NCBI RefSeq assembly: GCF_009914755.1
Contig: NC_060932.1
Strand: one strand, 5' to 3'
Origin: the human T2T-CHM13v2.0 reference genome, Homo sapiens
DNA length: 64,000 nucleotides
Shown: positions 28,080 through 45,530 of the stretch, piece after piece
Position numbering within the stretch: the first letter of the stretch is position 1
Layout: each line of letters starts with the position of its first letter
The notes under the pieces: generated by a model
The model's database searches: none
The model's input: the letters and a program-made list of their open reading frames with translations, nothing else
What the model was told of the DNA's origin: nothing
Made by a program: the position numbers and the translations under genes

Positions 28080-29908
28080 TCTTTGTTTCCCTACTGTAAG
28101 AGCAATAGCTGTTCATTGCAAAATTTTGGAAAATATAGAATTAGGAAGAAAAAGAAATCATCCAGATTTTTACCATCCTGAGACAGATACTGTTATCAGT
28201 TAAGGAATTTCCTTTCAGTGTTTGCATATATATTAAAATGAAATATGGATTATACTGTAGACATTGCCTTGCAGTCAGATGACACAATATTTCAAGGATG
28301 CTGCTCTGGGAAACTAAAGCTCATCTGCAGCAGACATAATACAGATGTGCTACAGTATTAGCTGGGGAGCTTGATCCTTGGGCACTTGGACAAAGAGAAG
28401 GGAAAGCTTAAGCATGCAGTCAAGGGCTTTAATTCCAGTCTAAACAAGAGCTTTCCTGGGTGACTTCACATTTATGGTGTAACTCAAGCTCCCTGACAAT
28501 GATTTCAAGCTACTGTCAGAAGGGCAGGAGCTGACCCGGCAAAGCATAGAGAACTCCAGGGAATATATAATGACAAACATTTTAGCTAATACTGATCCAC
28601 TGGAAAATCAGATTCCTTCCTGCCAGACGCTCAAATAAAGGCTGCAAATGCTCTTCTGAGAGACAGATTTAGTCTTTTAGCACTCAGGGCTGTTTTGAGA
28701 AAAATTAAATGTTATGTGGTTTGGAACTTGTGTCTATAAAATGCACACTGTTGACAATGGTTTCTCCCCACAGTCTACAGAATTAAATTTGTACAAAGAA
28801 GTAGCTGGTCTAGTTTATTAAGTGTAAGATTGGAAGCCAGAAGCTCAAATCAGCCTGAGAATCAGGCTGACATATTATCAAGTCTCACCTGGTCATTTCT
28901 CAATACCCTTCCCAGGAAAGCTGTAAGGGTTGCTAAAGTGACCAATTGTGGGTGGTTTGGCTTTAGGAAGGTGAAGTTTAGGGGCTCCATCTCTTATTGC
29001 ATGAATTCTTCAAGACTGTTTCCAGATGGTATGTGGTTTTGCACTAACACAAGAGCTTGACAGATGAAGTTCATGGCTGGGCAATATGGAGGTGGTTTTG
29101 GCCAAGGCATAAGTCATAAGACTGTTATGGTTTAGCTCAGCAATGCTCAGCTTTCTGGAGCCTTTCTTTGAGAAATGTGTACTTAGTGTTATCTCAGCGA
29201 GGGTTTGTATCAACAAAAAGCCTTTTTTAGCAATAGCCCAAAAGCAGTTGCTACAAGAAAAGGAGAGGAATTTGCTTCTGTCCTGCCATCTCCTTCAGAC
29301 ACCGGCCAAAGGAGACTTCAGATCTTCCTTTCCCGACAAGTGCTCACAGCAATTTCCACAAATGAGCAAAGAAAATCTTCTGCCCTGAGCCAGCATTTCT
29401 GTCTGCTACAAATGATGGAAAATGTACTTGAGGTTTAATGTTGGGGAAATGTGTTTTTGTTCACTCAGCTCCTATTATAACCACATCTGTTATCAGTAGG
29501 CCAGGCTATGTATTAACAGGCATGACTTTCATAAACCTGGAGTTCTCTTCCATGATGTTTTGGCTGAAAGCATTAAACAGAAAAGGCCAAGAAAAGCCAA
29601 CTCTTTGAGCCTGGTGATACTGCCCCTTGGATTCTTCTGGGAGGCCTGACTCTGGGTGTAAGCTCATTTAAATTCTCTCCATTTTAGGAACCTAGTCTAA
29701 AAGTGAATCAGAATAAAGAGCTACTCCATCTTTTGTTCCTGACTTCAGATATGCACCAAGTTTGATCACTTCAAAATCTCCCCCTTTTTCCACAATCTCT
29801 CTCCACAGATGGCACTAAGTTTTCTTTGATATTTCCTGAACTAGTATTCTACAGCCAAATGGCTTCCAAGAACAGCATCATCCAATGTCAGATCTGGAAT
29901 TGACCTCA

Positions 29909-30394
<486 letters not shown>

Positions 30395-31084
30395 CTATCT
30401 GTCGAGACTCCAAGTAACAACTCATTTGAACAAAGGGTGATGTGGCTAAATAAAGTTTGAAACCCCCAATAAATCCTACCCTTAATTTCACTGGTAAAGA
30501 AATAAAATCCCAGGGAGGTTAACTGACCTACCTAGGCATTCTGTGATAGAGCCAAGTCTAGAGCCCAAGTGTTCTCACTCGTTTTGTTTGTTCATTCATT
30601 TATCCACAAATATTTCCTGTTCCAGCAAAGCGCTAATTGCTGTATCCAAAAAGACTTACTTAACAACTTAAAAAGTCACATCAGCTTAAAAAGATATTTT
30701 CCACTAACCTGAGCATCAGGTACATAATAACTTATCTTTCACTGGCTTATTTAAAGGACTTTCCTCATTAAATATCACATTTCTTCTGACTGCAACTGAG
30801 GAATTTGTGGTAAAGTCATATTACCATTTAAAATATGGGGAATATATTAACATTTGCAAATTCCGTTCATTTTTAAAACTTCTTTGCAGTTTATGTTAGT
30901 GGGGTCATAGTTGGCCTTCATCTAACTATAATGCCACTCAGTATTAAGTTTCTTTCAATGAAGGCAACATTTTCAAAAGAAATCATGTTTTTCTGGGCTT
31001 TATCTTCCTGGCTTCATACTTTGTACCCATCCTGTTGCATGAATGTACGTTGTAGAGTCATGATATGCGGTGTATAGCTCTGTC

Positions 31085-31230
31085 AGTATACTGACCACAT
31101 TATTTCACAACTATCTTTTTCCATGTCTTTTTCTCCTTGCAGAATATGAACTGCTTGAGGGCAGCGATAGTGTCTTATTCATCTCTGCATCTCTGAACAG
31201 CTCAGAACAGGTTTTCAATAAATATTGGGG
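31085..31230 (+). mobile_element. L2 3' end
   Basis: agaatatgaactgcttgagggcagcgatagtgtcttattcatctctgcatc...tcaataaatatt. Confidence 0.7.
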
Positions 31231-31290
31231 ATTGGGGAGAATGGGGTGGGAGATGGAAAAGGAATCATGTACAACACCTCTACAGATCCC

Positions 31291-31569
31291 CTTCTTTCCT
31301 TCCTTCTTTCCTTCCTTCCTTCCTTCCTTGTCTCTCCTTCTCTCTCGGCTCACTGCAGCCTCAACCTCCCAGGCTCAAGCGATCCTCCTGCCTCAGCTTA
31401 GTAAGTAGCTGGAATTACAGGTGCGCGCCAGCATGCTCGGCTAATTTTTTGAAGAAACAGGATTTTACCATGTTGCTCAGGCTAGTCTTGAACTATTGAG
31501 CTCAAGTAATCCATCCTCCTCGGCCTCCCAGAGTGCTAGGATTACAAGTGTGAGCCACTGTGCCCGGCC
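31291..31569 (-). mobile_element. AluJ with 3' end replaced by (TTCC)n
   Basis: tctcggctcactgcagcctcaacctcccaggctcaagcgatcc...; TSD tacagat. Confidence 0.9.
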
Positions 31570-32223
31570 TACAGATTTTTTTCTAACAAGGAAAACTTTA
31601 TGAAAGATTGAAGTTCTCTGTTGAAACCAACCCTTTTAAAGCACAACACAGCTTGCTGTTCTTGAACAAAGAAGTCTTGCAATTTGCTTTCTTAGATTGA
31701 GATCAGTCTTCTGAATGAAATCTGTTTTGCTTAGAGGGGAGGTGGAAGAAGCCTCAAGAGAGTTCTTCTCCATCTTCTCTCCACCCTCCAGGTATTCTGA
31801 CTATAAAAAGAAAACTCAGCAGCTGGTTCTCCTCTTTAAACATTTACCTATCTCTAAGGAAATGATGATATACATATAAAAATTTTTATGATGGACATAT
31901 TCAAACATGCATAGTAGAGACAACAGAATAATAAATCCTCTATATTTATCAAGCAACTTCAACCATTATGAACATTATGACACTCTTGCATCATCTCTCT
32001 CCCCTTCCATGCTTTAAAACTATGCTAATGTGGTAGAATATCAAGTGGATATTAAAAACTACAAATATGTGAATTATGACCAAATATGGCAATGTTTATT
32101 GGAAGTAACATTTAATTACAACCACTGAAAAACCAAGTATACATTGATTAAATCTATGTAAAATGATACATTTAACATGTGGGAAGAAAATTTAGAATAT
32201 TACAAATTGTTCAGGGTTTAATA

Positions 32224-32521
<298 letters not shown>

Positions 32522-32599
32522 GAGGGTTTAATGTTTATTTGCTCATGTCTGGTATCTTTGTTCAGTTTTGTTTTAAAATCCTACTTATAAAAACATTCT

Positions 32600-33625
32600 G
32601 ATAGGTTCCAAGATGGCCAAATAGGAACAGCTCCAGTCTACAGCTCCCAGCATGAGCGACGCAGAAGATGGGTGATTTCTGCATTTCCAACTGAGGTACC
32701 GGATTCATCTCGCTGGGGATTGTTGGACAGTGGGTGCAGGACAGTGCATGCAGTGCACCAAGCATGAGCCGAAGCAGGGCGAGGCATTGCCTCACCCAGG
32801 AAGCACAAGGGGTCAGGGAATTCCCTTTCCTAGCCAAGGGAAGGGGGGACAAACGGCACCTGGAAAATCAGGTCACTCCCACGCTAATACTGTGCTTTTC
32901 CGATGGTCTTAGCAAACAGCACACCAGGAGATAATATCCCGTGCCTGGCTTGGAGGGTCCCATGCCCACGGAACCATGCTGATTGCTAGCACAGCAGTCT
33001 GAGATGGAACTGCAACGCAGCAGCGAGGTTGGGGGAGGGGCGCCTGCCATTGCTGAGGCTTGAGTAGGTAAACAAAGCAGCCAGGAGGCTCGAATTAGGT
33101 GGAGCCCACCATAGCTCAAGGAGGCCTGCCTGCCTCTGTAGACTCCACCTCTGGGGGCAGGGCATAGCCAAACAAAAGGCAGCAGAAACCTCTGCAGACT
33201 TAAATGTCCCTGTCTGACAGCTTGGAAGAGAGTAGTGGTTCTCCCAGCACAGAGTTTGAGATCTGAGAACAGACAGACTGCCTCCTCAAGTGCGTCCCTG
33301 ACCCCCGAGTAGCCTAACTGGGAGGCACCATCCGGTAGGGGCAGACTGACACCTCACATGGCCGGGTACCCCTCTGAAACAAAACTTACAGAGGAACGAT
33401 CAGGCAGCAACATTTGCTGTTCACCAATATTTGCTGTTCTGCAGCCTCCACTGCTGATACCCAGGAAAACAGGGTCTGGAGTGGACCTCCAGCAAACTCC
33501 AACAGACCTGCAGCTGAGGGTCCTGACTGTTAGAAGGAAAACTAACAAACAGAAAGGACACCCACACCAAAACCCCATCTGTACGTCACCATCATCAAAG
33601 ACCAAAGGTAGATAAAACCACAAAG
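32600..33625 (+). promoter_or_regulatory. L1 5'UTR internal sense/antisense promoter
   Basis: YY1 motif caagatggcc at 32609-32618; retains the approximately 129-bp segment (about 33369-33497) that younger L1s lack; many CpGs decayed. Confidence 0.8.
32868..33050 (-). pseudogene. L1 ORF0 (antisense), truncated at 60 aa
   Basis: MAGAPPPTSLLRCSSISDCCASNQ...SVGVT* matches primate ORF0 with a premature stop. Confidence 0.8.
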
Positions 33626-34642
33626 ATGGGGAAAAAACAGAGCAGAAAAACTGAAAATTCTAAAAATCAGAGCACCTCTCCTTCTCCAAAGGAACACAGC
33701 TCCTCACCAGCAATGGAACAAAACTGGATGGAGAATGACTTTGAAGAGTTGAGAGAAGAAGGCTTCAGATGATCAAACTTCTCCAAGCTAAAGGAGGAAG
33801 TTTGAACCCAATGCAAAGAATTTAAAAACCTTGAAAAAAGATTACACAAATGGCTAACTAGAATAACCATGCACAGAAGTCCTTAAAGGAACGGATGGAG
33901 CTGAAAACCATGGCACGAGAACTACGTGACGAATACACAAGCTTCAGTAGCCGATTCGATCAACTGGAAGAAAGGGTATCAGTGATGGAAGATCAAATGA
34001 GTGAAATGAAGCAAGAAGAGAAGTTTAGAGAAAAAAAGAATAAAAAGAAATGAACAAAGCCTCCAAGAAATATGGGACTATGTGAAAAGACCAAATCGAC
34101 GTCTGATTGGTGTACCTGAAAGTGACGGGGAGAATGGAACCGAGTTGGAAAACTCTCTGCAGGATATTATCCAGGAGAACTTCCCCAACCTAAGCAGGCA
34201 GGCCAAACATTCAAATTCAGGAAATACAGAGAACACCACAAAGATACTCCTCGAGAAGAGCAACTCCAAGACACATAATTGTCAGATTCACCAAAGTTGA
34301 GATGAAGGAAAAAATGTTAAGGGCAGCCAGAGAGAAAGGTCATGTTACCCACAAAGGGAAGCCCATCAGACTAACAGCTGATCTCTCGGCAGAAACTCTA
34401 CAAGCCAGAAGAGAGTGGGGGCCAATATTCAACATTCTTAAGGAAAAGAATTTTCAAACCAGAATTTCATATCCAGCCAAACTAATCTTCATAAGTGAAG
34501 GAGAAATAAAATCCTTTACAGACAAGCAAATGCTGAGAGATTTTGTCACCACCAGGCCTGCCCTAAAAGAGCTCCTGAAGGAAGCACTAAACATGGAAAG
34601 GAACAACCGGTACCAGCCACTGCAAAAACATGCCAATTGTAA
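33626..34642 (+). pseudogene. L1 ORF1p (RNA-binding) pseudogene
   Basis: ATG GGG AAA AAA CAG start; peptides LIGVPESDGENGT and MKEKMLRAAREKG...NRYQPLQ; in-frame stops and frameshifts. Confidence 0.92.
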
Positions 34643-34705
34643 AGACCATCGAGGCTAGGAAGAAACTGCATCAACTAACAAGCAAAATAACCAGCTAACA
34701 TCATA

Positions 34706-38520
<3,815 letters not shown>

Positions 38521-38814
38521 ACAATGAGAACACATGGACACAGGAAGGGGGACATCACACACCAAGGCCTGTTGTGGGGTGGGGAGAGGCGGGAGGGAAA
38601 GCATTAGGAGATATACCTAATGTAAATGACGAATTAATGGGTGCAGCACACCAACATGGCACATGTCTACATATGTAACAAACCTGCACATTGTGCACAC
38701 GTACCCTAGAACTTAAAGTATAATGAAAAAAATAATTAAATTAAATTAAATTAAAAAATAAAAACATTCCAATGTTTCACTGTCATTATATCATTAAAAG
38801 TTTTCCAGTTGTCC

Positions 38815-39245
38815 GTGGCTCCAAGATTCCTACTTGCACCTAATATCCATTCTTTCTTTCTTACTGATAGAACTCCCAATTTTCAACTGGGCAAAAGGCC
38901 ACCTGTAATAAAAATTACTTTCCCCTGCTTTTTTTTCTGATATATGTGGCCATGTGATTAAGTTCTGGCCAATGAAATATAATATGTTATGTATAAATTT
39001 AAGAAAATGTCCTTGAAGGGCATGAGCATGCTCTTTGACCCATTCTTCCTTCCTATTGGCTATAATGCAGATATGATGGCTGGAGCTCAAGCAGCTATAG
39101 TGGACCATGAGGTAAAATATGCCAAGAATGAAAGGGCAGTTAGAAGGCTGGGTTCCTGATGACTGTGAAGACACTCCATCAGCTCTGGGCTACCTCCCTC
39201 CAGACTTCTTTTACATGAGAGAGAAAGAAGCTTCTATCTTATTTC
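38815..39245 (+). mobile_element. MLT1J MaLR LTR
   Basis: aatatccattc...tgtggccatgtgattaagttctggccaatga...tgatggctggagctcaagcagc...ccagacttcttttacatgagagaga. Confidence 0.8.
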
Positions 39246-39398
39246 TTAGGACTTTAGCCTTTCAACTTTTTCTCATATAAAGAAAAATATTAATTAGGCC
39301 ACTGATTAATGGTTCATTTCTCCATTTAGTTCTGCTCATAGAATCTTTGTAGGATTGTAGCAATCCCTAGTTTTCCATACTGAGAAAACTACATGGTC

Positions 39399-39607
39399 CC
39401 AGCCTCCCAAGTAGCTGGGACCATGGGTGTGCACCTCCACACCTGGCTAATTTATTTTTAAAAATATTTTGTAGAGACCGGGGCTGGGGGTGGGGAGGTC
39501 TCCCTATGTTACTCAGGCTGGTCTTGAACTCCTGGCCTCAGGTGATTCTCTTGCCTTGGCCTCCCAAAGTGCTGGGATTACAGGTGTGAGCCCTTGCGCC
39601 CCTGGCC
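39399..39607 (-). mobile_element. AluJ, 3'-truncated, with G-rich insertion
   Basis: cagcctcccaagtagctggga...gctggtcttgaactcctggcctc...cctggcc. Confidence 0.88.
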
Positions 39608-39921
39608 TGGAATGAATCTTAAAAGTTTTGTGGGAGGCTTTGGACAAACAACTTTTCATTTTTTACCATCTCAGAATCTTAGAACAGGAGACTGGAAAAC
39701 TGCAACTATCTTGCCACCACAAGGACAGAACTTTATCTAAGAATGGAGCCAACTCACGGAGGCTGACCTAGAAGGTAGAGAAAGAGGATTTCCTGTTCTT
39801 CGTGACATCATTTAGGCCCCAGTGTCAGGTGTGCTGCAGCCAGTCCAGCCTTTAGATATCTCAGGTGTCTACATCAGTTAAGTTCTAGTTCCTTATTGTT
39901 ATTGTTGTATGACTTGTCACT

Positions 39922-40107
39922 CGGTTTACCGGATAAAACACAGGACACCCAGTCAAATTTGAAATTCAAAGAAACAATAACTAATTTTTATTATACATAT
40001 GTTCCAGATATTGCATGGGACATACAGTATAATTTTATTCATTACTCATCTGAAATTGAAATTTAACAGGGTGTCCTGTATTTTTATTTGCTAAATCCAG
40101 CAACCCT
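39922..40107. mobile_element. MER53 palindromic hAT MITE
   Basis: gataaaacacaggacacccagtcaaatttgaa...tattgcatgggacatac...aaatttaacagggtgtcctgtatttttatttgctaaatccagcaaccct. Confidence 0.88.
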
Positions 40108-42061
40108 TCTTGTAACCAAAATGTGTTAGTGTTGGATGGCAACACAGTGTTCACAAGAGCATCTGTTGTTTGGGTGAATGGGAGAGAGAGTCCTTGGCGG
40201 GCCCAGATGCTGCAGAACCACAAAGCCTGAAGAGGTTGCTTCCAGCATTGTTTCCAAAACAGGGTGTCACACATTCATGTTGACAGTGCTGAGGACTAGG
40301 GTGGGTGAGGGGCAGGCATGCAGGGGCCTGAGCTGAGCCAAGAATGAGCAGGAGGCCCAGACCTAGACATGCAGAGGAAGACAAAGATCAAGACATATAA
40401 AACACACTTAATTTACTTTGTATTCAGTAGTATAGTCAAGGAAGGGGGAGACAGAGAGAGAGAGAGAGAAAATAACAATAGAAATAATGCAGGTGATGAT
40501 GACACCAGCCATAAGCAGAGTGGTCCTGGAAAGAATTTAGAGGGTGCCATATATGTGTGACTGGTCCCTTATCTGGCCTCTCACAGTATGAGCTTCTCTC
40601 TGGGCTGAATGTGATTCAACGGTCACGGGGATGATAGTCAAAATGTTGAACAACCAGCACTGTCAGACTCATTTGCACTCATCAAATATCAGCTCAGGCT
40701 TTCTGTCTGAGCGATTTCCCATGAACCATTGACTTGAGCCCCTAACTTCTGCAGAAGAGGTCACACTTCTTTAGAATGTGAGAAATGAAGTAACAGAAAC
40801 CAGGCATCTACAGAGCCCAGAGGTCTCAGTGCAGAGCCACGTGAGGGCTGGCAGGTCGGTAATCAAAGGACAAGGCAAAGCACGTTTGTGGGGCTGGAGC
40901 AGCTGGAGCTCTTTGGCAGGATGTGCCAACCTCCCACTCTTGCCTTTCTTGTCACAACCCTGCGTCATCCTCTGAGGGAGTTCCTGGGAACCTGGGGGTG
41001 GCCCCTTGCTTGATTCCTATCTTGGAGTCTCTTCTGAGCGTCACCAGCCACAGCCCTGATTCCTGAGTATCTCTGGCTCTTGTCTGGCATCAGGTGGTTT
41101 CACCTGCCCTCCGAGCCTAACCCTCCTAGGACCCACGTCAGCACTGTTCACACCAGTGTGTGACGCCTGCTTCGGAAACAACCAGCTTTGATAAACCCTT
41201 TTATTACAGTCATGGATTTCCCAGACCAGAAACCTTTCCAAACCCTCCATGTCATGCTGTGTGAGAAAATCTATCTCACTCTTCAAAAATAAACTGAGAA
41301 CTTGGAAAAAAAAAATCAACCATACTATTTGTACCCAAAATACAGCCGTTGTATGGATCTCTGTTGCCTACTCACCATGAAATCGTAGATGGTTGTAAGT
41401 AATGAACTGTAATGATGACGCATGGAATGGGGCAGGCTGGGCTATGAGGCTCCCAGGGCAGAGGGGGTCATATCAGTGAATACACATGTGAGGGCTGAGG
41501 GACAGGGAGGGGACTACTCACCAAGCTGTGTTTGTGTCACTCATTAGATATGCATGGACTGAAAAAGATCAGGGAACATGCTTTGAATTGCAGATAATAA
41601 GGCAAAAACATATTTTTCTATTTTTGCTCTGTAACTCAAATATCCCCAGACCTTGCTAGCCTGTGGGTACCAAAGAGGTCATAGTCACATGAGACTTTGA
41701 ACATTGGTAGGCTCTGGGAGAGAGTGGCTGGGAGGTGGAGAGCGTTGGCTACACTGAGCCAGTCTTCCAAGGATATACTGATGCTGGTACATTGAATACT
41801 GGTATCAGACCACACTAAAGTACTGGTACTTAGCAAAGGCTTATACAAGAGGGATCCTACAGGGTTACTTGATGAGATGCTCATGTTACTGCTTCAGCAG
41901 CTGTGGCTCCTTCCCCATTAGCTTTACCAGGTCCAAGGCATTATTCCTGGAGCACCTACTTCACCTGGCTAACTCTCCTCCTCCTCCAGACTGCAGAGTC
42001 TTTGGGCAGCCTTCCCCAGAGTATGACCCAACTGTAGTGCAGGTGTGCATGTGAAGAGGAT

Positions 42062-42062
<1 letters not shown>

Positions 42063-42092
<30 letters not shown>
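42063..42092. repeat. (GT)15 microsatellite
   Basis: Perfect run. Confidence 0.95.
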
Positions 42093-42093
<1 letters not shown>

Positions 42094-43252
42094 GCATAGG
42101 GTTTCCTGTATAAGAAAGGAACAACAGTAGATGTTTCATTCACAAATATCCACTACCACTGCCTGGCTTCCTCCAGCCCTGTACACCCACAGTCACCTGT
42201 TTGAGATTCATCATTAGAAATTCTTTAGGGCTAACAAGCTGCACTTTATTTAGAGTGTAAATACACTTCCTGGGTGAAGGGTTAAGTCAACAAACCTTTC
42301 TGTATATTTCTATCTCATTTGCTCTCATCACACCTTAGCTGCCACAGAGGAGGAAGACAGGAAGTAGCAGAGCTAGAGAAAGAAGAGGAGGAAGAGGAGA
42401 AGGAGGAGGAAAAGAGGGACAGAGGATGCAGTAGGATCAGGGAGGAGCTACACACCACTCTGAGTGAGACCAGCTTCTCTTTCAAGACGTTCTCTTTCCC
42501 TTCCACCTCTAGCTTCTTTGCATTTAAGATGGATTCCAGAAAAATACCCACTCACAGGGTCTCTCTCTGATGGCACATATATGAAAAGAAAGTTTTCTGG
42601 TTTGAGGTTTAGTGCAAACTTTTGCCACCAGCTCTGGTTTTTGTTTCCAGCCTTCGGTGGTTTCCTCCCCCAGGCCAGTCTCTCAGGCTCTCTTTTTCTC
42701 TGGGCAGCCTCTATTGCCAAGGCAATGGGGTTTCTCCTACAGCTTCCCAGCCACAGCCTGGAAGCATTTGGGATCTAGACCACGTTCCTCCCCAGTCCTA
42801 CTGCTCTTCTCTCCTTGGGCCGCTCACTTACTGAATCCTGGGTCAGGGCACACAACTCAAGACAATGGTCAAGAGAGACTCCCTGTGCTCTTCAACCCAG
42901 TGCCTCCTGTCCTCTATGGAACTGATGTCAACTGTCCCCTCTTCCTGCTCTTTGAGCTCCCCCAGAAAAGAATCCACTTGACAAATGCGATAATGAATAT
43001 GGTACACTTTCTGTGTAGGTCGAAGAGGCAAGGAAGAGAGAATCTAGGTCATGTAACTCCAGAGAAATGACTTGAAATGCATCTTTCAAGACCATTTTCA
43101 GTGCTGCTTCTCCCCTTCCTGATGCCCTCCGCCTACCAACATGCGAAGAAATTCAGTTTTGTCGAAGCTCTCTTTATTAAATGGTTCTTCAACCCTACTG
43201 TCAATGCTCCAGAAGACAAAGTCCCATCTGTTACGTTTCAGATGCACTGGAG

Positions 43253-43610
43253 AGTAGTGGTTGGTTAAAAGCAAAGGTTCTGGGCCCAGATTGCCTGGAT
43301 CAGATCCTAGCTCAAATATTGTATGAATTTTTGACAACTGATGGAACTTCTCTGGTTCCTCATCTGTAAAATGAAGATAATAGTATCTACTGTACTACTC
43401 AGGAGGCTGAGGCAGGAGGTTCACATGAGCCCGGGAGTTGGAGGCTGCAGTGAGCTATGATTGCACCACTACACTCCTCCAGCCTGGGTGACACAGTGAG
43501 ACCCAGTCTCAAACTTAAAAAATAATTATTACCTTAGAGTATTGTTATGAAGTCAAATGAGGTGATATATAAAACTTAAAGCAGGGCCTGGCACACTGTA
43601 AGTGTCATAC
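43253..43610 (+). mobile_element. MIR interrupted by Alu monomer
   Basis: tggttaaaagc...gggcccagattgcctgg...ttcctcatctgtaaaatgaagataatagta; resumes ttgttatgaagtcaaatgag...cctggcacac. Confidence 0.75.
43395..43525 (+). mobile_element. AluJ right-arm fragment
   Basis: ctactcaggaggctgaggcaggagg...gtgagctatgattgcacc...gagacccagtctc. Confidence 0.88.
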
Positions 43611-44397
43611 ACAAGTAATACAGTGCTTACTTTAAGGATTTGTTCTTAGGAGACAGCTTATCAACCACCTTTGTCCACTGAACACCTTCTTTGGGATCTA
43701 ACCCCCACCCCCAGCACACACCTTTTAAGGATGGTCAGTGCTCTCAACCAGAAGATTTATGGTGAATGAAATTTGCTTCATTGCAATATCTTTAAGCCAA
43801 CCCTCTTTCATTCATTCATTCATTTAGGCCCAGAGAAATTCCTCCTCACGGCTTTTTTTTTTTTTAGCTTACTGACTCCTAATCAGTGAATGTATTCCTG
43901 CCCCAAAGCTCTTCACCATGCATTAAATCACACCACTTCATTCCAAAGTTTTCCGTACAACTTCCCCATGTCTTTTTAGTACACCCCCCAAATCAATTCA
44001 TGCATCTTTGCCCCAGTTCCTGGCTCACACTGGATTCCCTCCTGACAAACGATTATGACATCGGCACACCACAAAAGCACATTTACAATTTTAAAAGAAT
44101 CTACAGGAAAATAGGGGCAATACAAGCCATAATAAACTGTGATGCCAAATTTTGCTAAAGATAGCTATCAACCTATGCCTCAAAGCCCAACTACAGTTGT
44201 GGATTTCAGCAGGCTTTTATGTTCCCATGGTAACCAACATACGTGCAAAGCTTATAAACATATCTTAAGAAAGACTGTGAGTGGAAAACATGCTGCACTG
44301 AGCTGGGAAGAGCCAGGTCTAGCCCCAGCTCTGTGGCTGATCAGCTGGGTGGGCTAGGGTAGCTATTTATAACTGACCCACTGTCTCAGACTCTACC

Positions 44398-44752
44398 AGT
44401 GTTTTTCAAAATGTGTGCTCAGGTCACCTACATCAAAATTGATAGTTATGCTTTTGTAAAATACATATTCTTGGGCTCCATCAGAACTACTGAATCAGAA
44501 TTTCTGGGTTGGGGAACCAAGAATCACATTTTTAACACGATCCCCAGGTGATTCTTATGCTTATTTTTTTTTTGTCTTTTTTTTTTTCTTCCTTTTCGTG
44601 GAGAATGGGGTCTCGCTATATTGCCCAGGCAGGTCTCGAACTCCCAGGCTCAAGCTATTCTCCTGCCACTGCCTCCGAGAGTTGGGATTACAGGCGTGAG
44701 CCACCGCGCCTGGCCAGGTGATTCTTAAATGTGCTAAAATCTGAGAATCACA
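44398..44752. mobile_element. MER5-type hAT element interrupted by BC200 retrocopy
   Basis: cagtgtttttcaaaatg...ctactgaatcagaattt...ttttaaca...ccccaggtgattctta | ...tgagaatcacag. Confidence 0.75.
44558..44715 (-). pseudogene. BCYRN1: BC200 (BCYRN1) RNA retropseudogene, 3' unique domain absent
   Basis: Minus strand has BC200-diagnostic atagcttgagcc..ggagttcgagacctgcctgggcaatatagcgagacccc.ttctcca and A-rich aagacaaaaaaaaaataagc; 12-bp TSD aggtgattctta (44546-44557, 44716-44727). Confidence 0.9.
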
Positions 44753-44894
44753 GGGCTCTCTAATCCTTCTTCCAGTATGTTAGCATTCCCTGCTTATTCA
44801 TGAAAGTCAGAAGCTGATTGCTGGGACCCAAAGAATCATTACAAAAATCCCTAAACCACAACCAGGCAGAATATGTTTGTCAGAATACTCTATC

Positions 44895-45070
44895 ATTCAA
44901 CAAATATTTACCCAGTACTTTCTACATGTCAGGCACTATCCTCGGGATACATCAGTCAAAAGCATGACAAATGCCTGCCCTCGTGGAGCTCCCATTCTAG
45001 TTTATGGAAACAGAGGTAATAAATAAGCTGTTAATTAACATAAAGATGGATGAACTATGTAGCATGTAAA
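44895..45070 (-). mobile_element. L2 3' fragment
   Basis: cattcaacaaatattta...atgtcaggcactat...cctgccctcgtggagctcccattctag. Confidence 0.7.
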
Positions 45071-45209
45071 TAGAGTAAGGAAGGGGGGTCAGGATGGAGG
45101 GTTGTTAAAATGTCTCCTAAATTATATGCATCCACAAAAATCAACTTACATGTTTACTGCAAAGGCTTGACAGGCAGGCCCAATTGCATCTTGAAGTAAA
45201 CCTCGGGAA

Positions 45210-45530
45210 TGTGGTAGATTCTTCTGGTGCACTGCCCAATCCCCTTTAGGGCTGATACAACTCTGATATAACTTCACTTCCAACCTCTCTCCTCACCCTG
45301 CTCCTTTCACATCCTGTCAATGACTCAATGACTGAGACTGATGGGCCCCTGCCTCAAGGTGGGGCCAACCTGGTGGTGTAGTTTCACTCCCTGAGCATTC
45401 TCCTTGCTAGTTTTCCCCTACCTTATCCTGCTGTCCTCGCTCTCATTGTCCTGGAAGCACTCTTTGATAAATCACTTGCATGAGAATCCCTGTCTCCAGT
45501 TCTGCTATTAACAGAATTCAGCCTAAGACA
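45210..45530 (+). mobile_element. LTR16-family ERVL solo LTR
   Basis: tgtggtagat...tgcctcaaggtggggccaac...ataaatcacttgcatgagaatccc...cctaagaca (TG...CA ends). Confidence 0.75.

Noticed and set aside
42345-42450. Acidic Glu-rich stretch (ELEKEEEEEEKEEEK)
   Set aside because: Low-complexity GA-rich tract with no supporting coding context.
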